DNA of 64,000 bases, taken from IMG/VR virus record IMGVR_UViG_3300046170_000325; one strand, given 5' to 3'. Both the position numbers and the translations under genes were made by a program. Below are positions 31,834 through 41,338 of the stretch, one piece after another. The stretch comes from an uncultured virus (IMG/VR IMGVR_UViG_3300046170_000325) (Duplodnaviria; Heunggongvirae; Uroviricota; Caudoviricetes). The notes beneath the pieces were generated by a model. The model saw nothing but the letters and a program-made list of their open reading frames with translations. It did no database searches and was not told where the DNA came from. The number at the start of each line of letters is the position of its first letter. Positions within the stretch are counted from its first letter, which is position 1.

Positions 31834-31861
31834 TTGCGATTAGATGTTTTTACACTATAAT
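31834..31861 (+). promoter_or_regulatory. sigma70-type promoter at the head of the lysis/curli block
   Basis: TTGCGA-16 bp-TATAAT in the intergenic gap before 31903. Confidence 0.6.
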
Positions 31862-31902
31862 ATTAATAAGTCTGCTAATGCAGATAAAAAAACGGAGAAA
31901 CT

Positions 31903-32064
31903 ATGAACACATTAAATATAATTGCATGGGTTACAGCTATAATTTCTATAGCATCTGTTGTAGCTGCTATCACACCAACACCAAAAGATAATCATTGGTT
32001 TAGTTATCTATATAAAGTAATTGATTGGTGTGCTTTAAATGTTTTAAAAGCAAAGGATAAGTAA
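31903..32064 (+). CDS. 53-aa membrane protein, holin-like
   Basis: My translation MNTLNIIAWVTAIISIASVVAAITPTPKDNHWFSYLYKVIDWCALNVLKAKDK; GGAG SD. Confidence 0.55.
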   Translation: MNTLNIIAWVTAIISIASVVAAITPTPKDNHWFSYLYKVIDWCALNVLKAKDK

Positions 32065-32065
32065 C

Positions 32066-32242
32066 ATGAGTTTTTTAAAAAGATTTTGGAACAACCTTAC
32101 TGGTACTGAAGAAGTTAAAGTAAGATCAAGAAACAAAAAAGGACATTATGTAGCTGATGACAAATCAACACCAGATGTTAATGAGGCTTATACAACTAAA
32201 AGAGTCAAGAAAACAAAAATTACTACAGACAATATAGGGTAA
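32066..32242 (+). CDS. 58-aa basic hypothetical protein
   Basis: My translation ...RSRNKKGHYVADDKSTPDVNEAY...; TAATG-coupled to the next gene. Confidence 0.6.
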   Translation: MSFLKRFWNNLTGTEEVKVRSRNKKGHYVADDKSTPDVNEAYTTKRVKKTKITTDNIG

Positions 32243-32622
32243 TGGCTAAATCACCAGATGCTTTTGTCTATAACGCAACACTTGACCGTATTGTAGACGG
32301 AGATACCTTTGATTGTATTTTAGATCTAGGTTTTGATGTAAAACTACATAAACAAAGAGTTAGATTAGCAGGAATTGATACTCCAGAATCCAGGACACGT
32401 GATCTTGCTGAAAAAAAACTAGGTTTAGCTGCTAAAGCAAGGCTTGGTGAGTTATGTTGCGGTAGTTTTAAAGTTAAATCACTTGGTAAAGGTAAATATG
32501 GACGTATTCTCGGCATACCTTACACAGAAGATGGCAAAGATATTTGTCAAATGTTAATAGATGAAGGTCATGCAGTTGAATATCATGGTGGTAAAAAAGC
32601 TAAAGTATGGGGTGATTATTAA
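32242..32622 (+). CDS. Thermonuclease (SNase-like) family nuclease
   Basis: RIVDGDT, RVRLAGIDTPESR, GKYGRILG, LIDEGHA. Confidence 0.85.
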   Translation: MAKSPDAFVYNATLDRIVDGDTFDCILDLGFDVKLHKQRVRLAGIDTPESRTRDLAEKKLGLAAKARLGELCCGSFKVKSLGKGKYGRILGIPYTEDGKDICQMLIDEGHAVEYHGGKKAKVWGDY

Positions 32623-32627
32623 ATAAC

Positions 32628-32978
32628 ATGGACTCTGTAGTTCAGTTAATTAATGAAGTTGGCTTTCCAATAGCAGCAGCTATAGGCCTTGGTTTATTTA
32701 TTTGGAAGCTGATCAATAAAATTATTGATGGCATGGAAACCAAAGTAGATGTTCTTGATGAAAAAGTATCTGCACAAATATCTGAAATAGAACAACGATT
32801 GGGTCAAAAACTAGACTCACAACACGGTATATTAGTAGCTCTTATAGATAGAGTAAGATCCGTAGACAATGAGATAATTAGACAAGATACACTTCTCAAG
32901 ACTATACTTGGTGTACCACAATTAATGCACACCGATAGGTTGGCAAAGGCGGATAGAGATGACCAAAGGAAAGACTAA
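32628..32978 (+). CDS. Single-transmembrane coiled-coil protein heading the csg module
   Basis: VGFPIAAAIGLGLFIWKLI transmembrane segment, then a coiled coil; overlaps csgF. Confidence 0.65.
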   Translation: MDSVVQLINEVGFPIAAAIGLGLFIWKLINKIIDGMETKVDVLDEKVSAQISEIEQRLGQKLDSQHGILVALIDRVRSVDNEIIRQDTLLKTILGVPQLMHTDRLAKADRDDQRKD

Positions 32979-33459
32979 AACAGAAGAAGCTGAAAAAATT
33001 TTAATAACTAAAATTTTAGTAGTTATTGGAATTATGTTATTTGTCGGAATATTTTGTCAAAATCTTTGGGCAGATCAGTTAGTTCATAAATTTAAGTCTC
33101 CTAGTTTTAACGGCATGGGTACCAGCTCACACTATCTTACGATTGAAAACCAAGAGTTCTCAAGAAAATTAACCATTAAGGAAGAGATTAAGGCCTTACA
33201 GGATGAGATAGAAAGAGAAAAAGAAAACTCTACTCTTGCAAGATTTATGCGTAACCTAGAATCAAGAGTTTATGCTGAGTTATCAAGACAGTTAGTAAAT
33301 AACTTATTTGGCGAAACACCATCAAGTTCTGGAACCATTACATTAGAAGGTAATACTATAGAGTATACTAGCGATGGCGTAACATTAACCCTTAAGATAA
33401 CGGAAGCAGATGGCACAGTTACAGAAATCACAATACCTATTGGTACTTTTACTTTCTAG
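32959..33459 (+). CDS. csgF: Curli assembly protein CsgF homolog
   Basis: Signal peptide, then DQLVHKFKSPSFNG (CsgF N-terminal F-x-N/S-P-x-F-G-G-like motif), FMRNLESR, C-terminal GTVTEITIP. Confidence 0.8.
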   Translation: MTKGKTKTEEAEKILITKILVVIGIMLFVGIFCQNLWADQLVHKFKSPSFNGMGTSSHYLTIENQEFSRKLTIKEEIKALQDEIEREKENSTLARFMRNLESRVYAELSRQLVNNLFGETPSSSGTITLEGNTIEYTSDGVTLTLKITEADGTVTEITIPIGTFTF

Positions 33460-34309
33460 TTGTTCTATATTTGATCAATACGAAGATACTTACGAACAAA
33501 GATATAGTTCTAATAACGTAGTATCTATACAAGATTTACAATCTAAAGAACTTAAGAACGTACCAATACCAGAAGTTAGTCCAGTAGTAGCGGTATACCC
33601 TACAGCATTTACAGATCAAACTGGTCAACGTAAGAGCAATAGTGAGTTTGCATTATTTAGTACGGCTATTACCCAACAACCCAATGCACTACTTATACGA
33701 GCTTTAAAACACGCAGGAGATGGCAAGTTCTTTAGAGTTGTAGAAAGAGTTGGCTTAGATAATCTTACTAAAGAACGCCAGCTTATAAGGTCAGCTAGAG
33801 AACAAACAGCTACAGAAGAAGATAAAAAGAAAGCTCTTAGACCATTATTATTTGCAGGTATTTTAATAGAGGGAGCTGTTATATCTTACGAAGCTAACCT
33901 AGAATCTGGTGGCGTAGGAGCTAGGTATCTTGGTATTGGCAATAGCGTACAGTATAGAGAGGACAATATAACAGTTTCACTTAGAATGGTGTCTGTAGCT
34001 ACAGGCGAAGTATTGCTAGAAGTATTAAGTCAAAAGACCATATTTAGCTATGGTAAATCTGAAGATGTATTTAGATTTATTGAGGCAAATACTGAGCTAG
34101 TAGAAATAGAATTAGGTAACGCTAGAAATGAATCTTCTACCATAGCTTTAATGAAAGCTATAGAAGGTGCTGTCCTTGAACTGGTGCAAATAGGTTATAA
34201 CAGAAAATATTGGATTTTACAAAAACAAAATCAAGGAGTAAAATTAAATGATGAAGAAATTAATAAGCCTACTTGTGATGCTGAGTGTATCGACAAGTTA
34301 CGCGGCTGA
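33410..34309 (+). CDS. csgG: Curli secretion pore lipoprotein CsgG homolog
   Basis: Lipobox LLSSC; FTDQTGQRK, FSTAITQ, VVERVGLDNLTKERQLIR, GGVGARYLGIG, QYREDNITVSLRMVSVATGEVL. Confidence 0.92.
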   Translation: MAQLQKSQYLLVLLLSSCSIFDQYEDTYEQRYSSNNVVSIQDLQSKELKNVPIPEVSPVVAVYPTAFTDQTGQRKSNSEFALFSTAITQQPNALLIRALKHAGDGKFFRVVERVGLDNLTKERQLIRSAREQTATEEDKKKALRPLLFAGILIEGAVISYEANLESGGVGARYLGIGNSVQYREDNITVSLRMVSVATGEVLLEVLSQKTIFSYGKSEDVFRFIEANTELVEIELGNARNESSTIALMKAIEGAVLELVQIGYNRKYWILQKQNQGVKLNDEEINKPTCDAECIDKLRG

Positions 34310-34976
34310 CAACGAAATATATGTAGATCAGTCTGGTACTGGTGCGAATATAGACCTAGAACAATTAGGTATATCAAATATTATTGGTGGTTTAAATTCA
34401 ACGGCTGGAAGCGTTAATGCTTTCGATTTGGATGGAAACACTATGACTTTAGACATCAACATGATTGGTGCAACTAATAAGTTTCTTGGTGATATATTTG
34501 CAGATAACTTCACAGGTTTATATAACTTTACTGGTGGTACAAACTCTTTTACTATTCAAGTAGATCCAACAGATACCTACAGTTCAGATGGCTCTAATCA
34601 AAACGTAGCTGTTACTGGTAGTGGTAATACATTTACTTTAAACCAAGGTACAACTGCAATAGCTGCATCACTAGATTTAGATTGGATTATTCAGGGATCT
34701 AATAACACAGTAACATCTAACATTAATATTGATGGTGCTACCAACTATATGGATATAGATGGTTCTGATAATACAGTAACTTACACAGGTACTGGTGTTA
34801 ATGCCTCAGCAGGTGGATATTTTTACTTAGACCATACAGGCGGTTCAAGAACTTTTAATATCTCACAACTGAGTACCCAAGATAATGACTGGCTCAAAAT
34901 TATGTCAATCTCTGGCACTGCTGCTTCTACTGTTTGTGTCGTTCAAAACGACCAAGGTACAAGCACAAGCTGTTGA
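34248..34976 (+). CDS. Secreted curlin-like beta-repeat protein
   Basis: Signal peptide MMKKLISLLVMLSVSTSYA; units NEIYVDQSG, ANIDLEQLG, NTFTLNQG, IIQGSNNTV, IDGSDNTV; terminal cysteine pair. Confidence 0.6.
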   Translation: MMKKLISLLVMLSVSTSYAADNEIYVDQSGTGANIDLEQLGISNIIGGLNSTAGSVNAFDLDGNTMTLDINMIGATNKFLGDIFADNFTGLYNFTGGTNSFTIQVDPTDTYSSDGSNQNVAVTGSGNTFTLNQGTTAIAASLDLDWIIQGSNNTVTSNINIDGATNYMDIDGSDNTVTYTGTGVNASAGGYFYLDHTGGSRTFNISQLSTQDNDWLKIMSISGTAASTVCVVQNDQGTSTSC

Positions 34977-36003
34977 TATTGGGGATATTTCTGAGCTAAA
35001 CGGTTCAGCCCAAATAGTAAGAGACAAACCTTACGATGCAAACTTAAAGTTTGCTATACAAAGTAATGATGAAGCCATAACTACTAATGGCAGAATGGCT
35101 ATAACATTTCTTGATGACTCTGTTGTAAAATTAACTGAACATTCACAATTATTAATAGATGAATACATTTACGATCCTGATCCAAGCAAATCTAAAATGG
35201 CTATTACCTTTGGTCTTGGGACAGCACGCTTTATTACTGGCAATCTAAATCGTATAGATAAACAAAATATTACTCTTAAGACTCCTACAGCCAATATAGC
35301 TATAAGAGGTACAGACTTTACAGCCACAGTAGATGAGCTAGGTCGAAGTCTTATAATACTATTACCAGACGCTTTAGGCTTATCTAGTGGCGAAATACTG
35401 GTAACTACAGCTATGGGTACTGTCACTCTTAATAAACCATATCAAGCTACAACTGTTAGCGTTTTTGAATCATCTCCTAGTAAACCCGTTATTTTAGATT
35501 TAACGCTAGATGTTATAGACAATATGCTTATTGTGACTCCCCCAAAAGAAGAGGTAGTTATAGAAGAAGAAAGTACAAATACAAAAACAGATAGCGTATT
35601 AAATTTTAACGATCTTGATATAGATTATTTAGCAGATGATTATTTAAAAGAAGACAGTTTAGAATTTACAGAACTTGATATAAATTACCTAGATGTAAAT
35701 TATCTTGAAGATTTGTTAAATGTACTAGATGCTTTAGCTGTAAGTGAAGATGAAGATCAACTAGCTCAAGCAACCAGCACTCAAGTTAGTGGTACTTTAC
35801 TGGGCAAGGATCCTGATACTCAAATAACTACAATTATTACAGGTAATGTTATTAGCTTACGCAGACAGGTAAACGAGTCTGTGCAATTAGACTTAGATGG
35901 TAGTACATCTTATACTGTTATCTTTATACAAGATGGCATATCAAATGTTATCAAGGTAAATGGAGGGAGCGACAGTGTTATTACTATCACTCAAAGTGAT
36001 TAA
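34885..36003 (+). CDS. Periplasmic FecR-domain protein
   Basis: Signal peptide; IGDISELNGSAQIVR, ITFLDDSVVKLTEHSQLLIDEYIYDP, GTARFITG, TPTANIAIRGTDF; acidic linker; beta-rich tail. Confidence 0.85.
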   Translation: MTGSKLCQSLALLLLLFVSFKTTKVQAQAVDIGDISELNGSAQIVRDKPYDANLKFAIQSNDEAITTNGRMAITFLDDSVVKLTEHSQLLIDEYIYDPDPSKSKMAITFGLGTARFITGNLNRIDKQNITLKTPTANIAIRGTDFTATVDELGRSLIILLPDALGLSSGEILVTTAMGTVTLNKPYQATTVSVFESSPSKPVILDLTLDVIDNMLIVTPPKEEVVIEEESTNTKTDSVLNFNDLDIDYLADDYLKEDSLEFTELDINYLDVNYLEDLLNVLDALAVSEDEDQLAQATSTQVSGTLLGKDPDTQITTIITGNVISLRRQVNESVQLDLDGSTSYTVIFIQDGISNVIKVNGGSDSVITITQSD

Positions 36004-37754
36004 TGAATAAACTTTTATTACCTATACTTATAATACTAAGCTTACCTTTAGTATTTCAATCTACACCTACAGAGATACTTAAACTAAAAATCTTTGATGC
36101 TTTTGTAACAACACCAGAGCCAAGTGGTAATTTTGTCATACTTAACATAACCGAAGAAGATGTAGAACGAGAGGGCGGTTGGCCATTACCTAGACAAAGA
36201 CTTGCACAAATACAAGCAGACTTAATTAACAAAGGTGCAGTAGGCATTGGTTGGGTTGTATCCTTTCCACAACCAGATCGCATGGGTGGTGATGAAGTGT
36301 TTGCAGAAGCATTAGGTTATGCACCTTCTGTTATAGCAATGTTTGAAGATGGCAAAGGTAACTTTCCTGCATCACCAGGTACGGTTGTTATGGGTAATAA
36401 TAATGGTGGTATACTTAGTTCGGGAGTAAAACAAAACCAGCCTCTATTAGCAAATAACACGCTAACTGGTTTAGCTATTGCTCCCACTGATGTAGATCAA
36501 CTTGTAAGAAGAATACCTCTTTTAGTCAAAACACCTAACAATGAATGGATACCTAGTTTTGGTACACAAATATATAAGGCTTTGTTTAATGTAAAAACCT
36601 ACATTATAAAAACTAATGATAATGGTATAGAGGAAATATCAATCAGAGGAATACCACCAATTAAGACGGATAGCCTTGGTCGTAAATGGATCAGTTGGGT
36701 AGATACACCACAAACTGATTTAAAAGAAATGAATGTTGCAGGTAAGTTTGTTTTTGTTGGCGTAACTGCTAACGGAGTGATGCCACAAGTTGCAACTCCA
36801 GTTGGTTTATTAGAACCACATAAGATTCAAGCAGCATTATCTGAGTCAATCTTGATACAAAACTCTCCAATAATTCCAGATTTTGCTTTAGCTTTGGAAA
36901 TTTTAATTTTTGGAATTTTTGTGTCGTTGACATGGCTTGTAATAAATTATCTTGGTGTAACTAAGGGCGTAAGTATAGCTGTAATTTTGCTTTTAACCAC
37001 AGGCTTTACAGGAGCTTACAGCATTCAGAAGGGTTATTTAATAGATTTTTCTTGGACTTTTATATCACAATTTATAACTGGAGCTATTGCCTTCTATATA
37101 AACTTTAGAAAACAGTTTAAGTTACGTCAATTAATTAAAAAACAATTTGAACATTATCTTGATCCAAGACAAGTTAAACAACTACAAGATAATCCTAATC
37201 TATTAAAACTTGGTGGCGAAAAAAGATACGCTACATTTTTGTTTACAGATGTTAGAGGCTTTACCAGTCTTTCAGAAAAACTAAAACCAGAAGAAGTTAC
37301 TGAGATAATGAACAAAGCATTAACAGTACAAGTAGAATGCGTACAAAAAAATGGAGGCATGGTAGATAAATTTATTGGTGATGCTTGCATGGCTATATTC
37401 TCAGCACCTTTAGATTTAGAAGATCACGAAGACAAAGCAGTAAAGACTGCTATTGAAATGCAGGATCGTATAAAAGAACTTAATAAAGAATTATCACATA
37501 AGATTGCTATTGGGGTGGGAGTAAATACTGGTACAGCTGTGGTAGGTAACATGGGATCTGATACTAGATTTGACTTTTCAGCTATCGGAGACTGCGTAAA
37601 TATAGCAGCTAGACTTGAGTCTGGTACAAAAGAAGCTGGAGTTGATATACTTATAGGAGAAGAGACTGCCAAAAACTGTAGTTTTGAGTTAAAATCTTTA
37701 GAAGCAATTAAAGTTAAAGGTAAAGAAAAATCTTTAAACGTATATACAATTTGA
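36003..37754 (+). CDS. CHASE2-domain membrane class III adenylate/guanylate cyclase
   Basis: CHASE2 motifs (ILNITEEDV, GGWPLPRQ), three transmembrane helices, cyclase motifs FTDVRGFT, VDKFIGDA, FSAIGDCVNIAARLE. Confidence 0.92.
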   Translation: MNKLLLPILIILSLPLVFQSTPTEILKLKIFDAFVTTPEPSGNFVILNITEEDVEREGGWPLPRQRLAQIQADLINKGAVGIGWVVSFPQPDRMGGDEVFAEALGYAPSVIAMFEDGKGNFPASPGTVVMGNNNGGILSSGVKQNQPLLANNTLTGLAIAPTDVDQLVRRIPLLVKTPNNEWIPSFGTQIYKALFNVKTYIIKTNDNGIEEISIRGIPPIKTDSLGRKWISWVDTPQTDLKEMNVAGKFVFVGVTANGVMPQVATPVGLLEPHKIQAALSESILIQNSPIIPDFALALEILIFGIFVSLTWLVINYLGVTKGVSIAVILLLTTGFTGAYSIQKGYLIDFSWTFISQFITGAIAFYINFRKQFKLRQLIKKQFEHYLDPRQVKQLQDNPNLLKLGGEKRYATFLFTDVRGFTSLSEKLKPEEVTEIMNKALTVQVECVQKNGGMVDKFIGDACMAIFSAPLDLEDHEDKAVKTAIEMQDRIKELNKELSHKIAIGVGVNTGTAVVGNMGSDTRFDFSAIGDCVNIAARLESGTKEAGVDILIGEETAKNCSFELKSLEAIKVKGKEKSLNVYTI

Positions 37755-37762
37755 GGAAAGAT

Positions 37763-37948
37763 ATGGCAACAGCAAAAGATGCTCTTACTGCAATAGAATC
37801 TCATGAAAGAGAATGCAAAGCATTATACAAAAGTATTGATAGAAGACTAGAAGACGGTGCAAAGCGTTTTGATAAGCTAGAGAATATGATTTGGGCTGTG
37901 TATCCATTCATACTAGTATCAATAGTTTTGTCGCAGGTTATTAGTTAA
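37763..37948 (+). CDS. Coiled coil plus C-terminal transmembrane small protein (XhlA/holin-like)
   Basis: HERECKALY...RFDKLENMIWAVYPFILVSIVL; GAGG SD before ATG 37763. Confidence 0.5.
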   Translation: MATAKDALTAIESHERECKALYKSIDRRLEDGAKRFDKLENMIWAVYPFILVSIVLSQVIS

Positions 37949-38343
37949 TGTCTAAAGTTTTGATAGGAATTATAGTAGTTATGGGATTAGCTACTTATTT
38001 ACTATGGAATGAAAACTCTAAACTATCTGCTCTTAATCAAGCATTTGAAATAAGAAATCAAGAACAAAGGTTAGCAATAGAATCATTACAAAATGATTTT
38101 GCTTTACAAACATCGAGCTTACTAGACTTACAAAGTAGAAATCAAGAGATTCAACAAGAGATGTCAAGATACCTTGACATATTTAAACGACATAACTTAA
38201 CTAAATTAGCCGCAGCTAAACCAGGTTTGATTGAACCAAGAGTAAACAAAGGAACTAAAGATGTATTTGATAGCATTGAAGAAGACAGCCGTAACATTGA
38301 CAGTCTTGATGATGGCTTGCAGTTGCAGCCTGATACCAAGTAA
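37948..38343 (+). CDS. Putative i-spanin (Rz-like)
   Basis: N-terminal transmembrane segment and long coiled coil; overlapped by a lipoprotein gene. Confidence 0.6.
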   Translation: MSKVLIGIIVVMGLATYLLWNENSKLSALNQAFEIRNQEQRLAIESLQNDFALQTSSLLDLQSRNQEIQQEMSRYLDIFKRHNLTKLAAAKPGLIEPRVNKGTKDVFDSIEEDSRNIDSLDDGLQLQPDTK

Positions 38344-38632
38344 ACAACAGGTTGAGGTTATATCTAAACCTATAGAAAGAACTATAGTTCAACCTGTAAT
38401 GCCTAGAGAAATAGATCTAAAAGATCCGTATTGGTATGTAGTGTCAGATAAAAATTTAGAAGAGTTCTTAGCAAGAGTTGAGAAAGACCAAGGTCAAGTG
38501 GTATTCTTAGCTATGTCTGTGCCCGATTACGAGCTCATGTCATATAATATGCAGGAATTAAAGAGGTATATAAATGAACTTAAAGAAGTTGTTGTCTATT
38601 ACAAAAAAGTTACTACAAAAGAAAAGGAGTAA
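38261..38632 (+). CDS. Putative o-spanin-like lipoprotein
   Basis: Signal peptide and lipobox-like LMMACSC; starts inside the upstream gene; precedes the endolysin. Confidence 0.55.
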   Translation: MYLIALKKTAVTLTVLMMACSCSLIPSKQQVEVISKPIERTIVQPVMPREIDLKDPYWYVVSDKNLEEFLARVEKDQGQVVFLAMSVPDYELMSYNMQELKRYINELKEVVVYYKKVTTKEKE

Positions 38633-38636
38633 AAAT

Positions 38637-39080
38637 ATGAATATATCGCAAGAAGGATTAAGTTTAATTAAAAAGTTTGAAGGTGTTGAATACAATGCTT
38701 ACAAATGTGCAGCAGGCGTATGGACAATAGGATATGGTCATACTGCTGGAGTTAAAGAAGGTGATTTAGTTTGTCAAAGAGAAGCAGAAGAAATATTAGA
38801 TCAAGATATAAAAGAGTTTGAAGGTTATGTTAAAGATAGCGTTACTGTTGATCTTGATCAAAATCAATTTGATGCTTTAGTATCTTGGGTGTTTAACCTA
38901 GGGCCTGCTAACTTAAAAGCCTCAACCATGCTTAAAGTATTGAACTCAAGTGATTTTGATAATGTGCCTACACAAATTAAAAGATGGAATAAAGCTGGTG
39001 GCAAAGTGCTTGAAGGACTTATAAGACGTAGAGAAGCAGAAGCCTTACTATTTGAAGGCAAGGAATGGCACGAGGTTTAA
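38637..39080 (+). CDS. Endolysin (GH24 lysozyme)
   Basis: LIKKFEG, AYKCAAGVWTIGYGHT, QFDALVSWVFNLG, RWNKAGG, GLIRRREAE; AAGGAG SD before ATG 38637. Confidence 0.93.
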   Translation: MNISQEGLSLIKKFEGVEYNAYKCAAGVWTIGYGHTAGVKEGDLVCQREAEEILDQDIKEFEGYVKDSVTVDLDQNQFDALVSWVFNLGPANLKASTMLKVLNSSDFDNVPTQIKRWNKAGGKVLEGLIRRREAEALLFEGKEWHEV

Positions 39081-39081
39081 T

Positions 39082-40947
39082 ATGCCGTTAAGTAAATTAC
39101 AATTTACCCCAGGAATCAATAAAGAGATGACTGATCTTGTAGATAAAGGCGGTTGGGCTGACGGTAATTTAGTTAGATTTAGAAAAGGATTACCAGAAAA
39201 AATAGGAGGTTGGGAAAAATCAAACAACAACTCTTACTTAGGAACAGGCAGAGCACTGTTAGCATGGGTTGATTTAGACTCTACAAAGTATATGGGACTA
39301 GGAACAACTTTTAAATATTACGTTAATCTTGGATCAAATTATTTTGATGTAACACCTATTAGAGCCACGACTACTAATGGTATTGTTTTTTCTGCTACTA
39401 ACGGCAGTGCAACTATAACCGCAACTGACAATGCACATGGAGCTGTAGTAAATGATTTTGTAACTATTAGTGGTGCAGTAAGTCTTGGCGGTAACATAAC
39501 AGCAACAGTTTTAAATAAAGAGTATCAAATAACTTCTATACCAAGTGCAGATACATTTACTTTTACAGCAACAGCCACAGCAAATGGAAGTGATACAGGT
39601 AATGGTGGATCAGGTGCTGATGCAGCCTATCAAATAAACGTAGGATTAGATGTGTATGTTCCATCAACAGGTTGGGGTGCAGGCACATGGGGATCTAGCA
39701 CATGGGGTTCTTCTGTTGCTTTATCAGAAACAGGACAGTTAAGGCTTTGGTCACACGATGCGTTTGGAGAAGATCTTATCTTTAATCCTAGAGCTGGTGG
39801 TATTTACTATTGGGATGAGTCTAGTGGTACAGATAACAGAGCTGTAGCTATTAACACTTTAAGTGGTGCTAATCTTGCACCAACAAAAGGTTTGCAAACC
39901 ATAGTAAGCGATATTGATAGACACGTAATTGTTTTGGGTGCTGATCCTATTGTTGGTAGCTCTAGGTCTGGTTCTATAGATCCTTTGCTTATAGCATTCT
40001 CAGATCAAGAAAGTGTTACAAATTGGGAGCCAACAGCTACCAATACCGCAGGGTCACTAAGACTTTCATCTGGATCGCAGATAGTTGGCGGATTAAGATC
40101 AAGACAAGAAATACTTATATGGACTGATACTTCTTTGTATAGTATGCAATTTATTGGTGCTCCGTTTACTTTTGGATTAAACCTAGTTAATGAGAATGTA
40201 GGTCTTATATCTCCTAACGGCATGATCAACGCACCAGATGGTGTCTATTGGATGGCTAGAGATGGCTTCTATACTTACTCAGGATCAGTTAAAAGATTAG
40301 TTTGTAGCGTATTAAATTATGTATTAGATGATATTAATACTACTCAATCATTTAAAACATTAGCTTTTACTAACAGAGAATTTAATGAGGTTGGTTGGTT
40401 CTATTGTTCTTCTTCTTCTGAAGAGATAGATAGGTATGTAACTTATAACTACTTAGAAGGTGCATGGAGCATAGGCAATCTATCAAGAACAGCATGGATA
40501 GATGATGGTGTATTTGAAAAGCCTAGAGCTACAGGTAAAGACAGCGATGGTGATGGCTATGTATATATACATGAAAGCACTGATGATGATGACGGATCAC
40601 CTATGGATAATGTTTTCATAGAGTCTGGTGATATAGATATAGAAGAAGGTAATCAACTGGGTTTTGTTAGCAGAATTATTCCAGATGTTAAGTTTTTTGG
40701 CACAGCACCTACAGATGGACAGATTAATTTTGTATTAAAAACTCGTAACTTTCCTGGAGAAAGCTTAACAACTAATTCAACTAACAATATTACAAGCACT
40801 ACCCAACAAGCGTTTACACGTGCTAGAGGCAGACAGCTTGTTCTTAGAGTTGAATCAGATGATGATGCGGCAACAGGATCAAGAACTGGTTTTAAATGGA
40901 GACTAGGTGCAAACAGGATTGATATTAGAACTGACGGCAGAAGATAA
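39082..40947 (+). CDS. Tail / packaged-DNA stabilisation protein (nozzle-like)
   Basis: PGINKE, VRFRKGLPEKIGGW, FSDQES, AGSLRL, LIWTDTSLYSM, RARGRQ, ends DGRR. Confidence 0.65.
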   Translation: MPLSKLQFTPGINKEMTDLVDKGGWADGNLVRFRKGLPEKIGGWEKSNNNSYLGTGRALLAWVDLDSTKYMGLGTTFKYYVNLGSNYFDVTPIRATTTNGIVFSATNGSATITATDNAHGAVVNDFVTISGAVSLGGNITATVLNKEYQITSIPSADTFTFTATATANGSDTGNGGSGADAAYQINVGLDVYVPSTGWGAGTWGSSTWGSSVALSETGQLRLWSHDAFGEDLIFNPRAGGIYYWDESSGTDNRAVAINTLSGANLAPTKGLQTIVSDIDRHVIVLGADPIVGSSRSGSIDPLLIAFSDQESVTNWEPTATNTAGSLRLSSGSQIVGGLRSRQEILIWTDTSLYSMQFIGAPFTFGLNLVNENVGLISPNGMINAPDGVYWMARDGFYTYSGSVKRLVCSVLNYVLDDINTTQSFKTLAFTNREFNEVGWFYCSSSSEEIDRYVTYNYLEGAWSIGNLSRTAWIDDGVFEKPRATGKDSDGDGYVYIHESTDDDDGSPMDNVFIESGDIDIEEGNQLGFVSRIIPDVKFFGTAPTDGQINFVLKTRNFPGESLTTNSTNNITSTTQQAFTRARGRQLVLRVESDDDAATGSRTGFKWRLGANRIDIRTDGRR

Positions 40948-41282
40948 TGGCCAAGCTTCTTGCAAGTAGATTACCGCAGGCTATTGGTGATGTTGATGCT
41001 AATGTATTCAACAGATTAATCAGAATCCTTGAGTTAAACCTAGGAACATTCGATCCAAACTCAACACCACAGTTTAATGATTCTCAAATTTCTACTTTAG
41101 CTTTTAACGTAGGTGATGTAATATGGAATACATCTATTGGTGTTTTACAAGTATATATAGGCAACCAATGGGTACAGTTACACACTCCGAAGAATCCACA
41201 AGGCTTCGAGACAACTGCATCACTAGGATCTGTTTCCGTTAAGACAGATGGAAACATATCAATTAATGTAACAACCTCATAA
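40947..41282 (+). CDS. Virion-associated hypothetical protein
   Basis: TAATG coupling; GDVIWNTS...LQVY motif. Confidence 0.55.
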   Translation: MAKLLASRLPQAIGDVDANVFNRLIRILELNLGTFDPNSTPQFNDSQISTLAFNVGDVIWNTSIGVLQVYIGNQWVQLHTPKNPQGFETTASLGSVSVKTDGNISINVTTS

Positions 41283-41338
41283 GAGATGATACATAGAAAA
41301 AATGGTACACTTAAAACAATATTGTATATAATTTAGTT

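Noticed and set aside
36003..37754. Cyclase as a Pycsar/CBASS-type defence system
   Set aside because: It has a CHASE2 receptor and transmembrane architecture with ATP-type residues, and there is no adjacent cNMP-binding TM or TIR effector.
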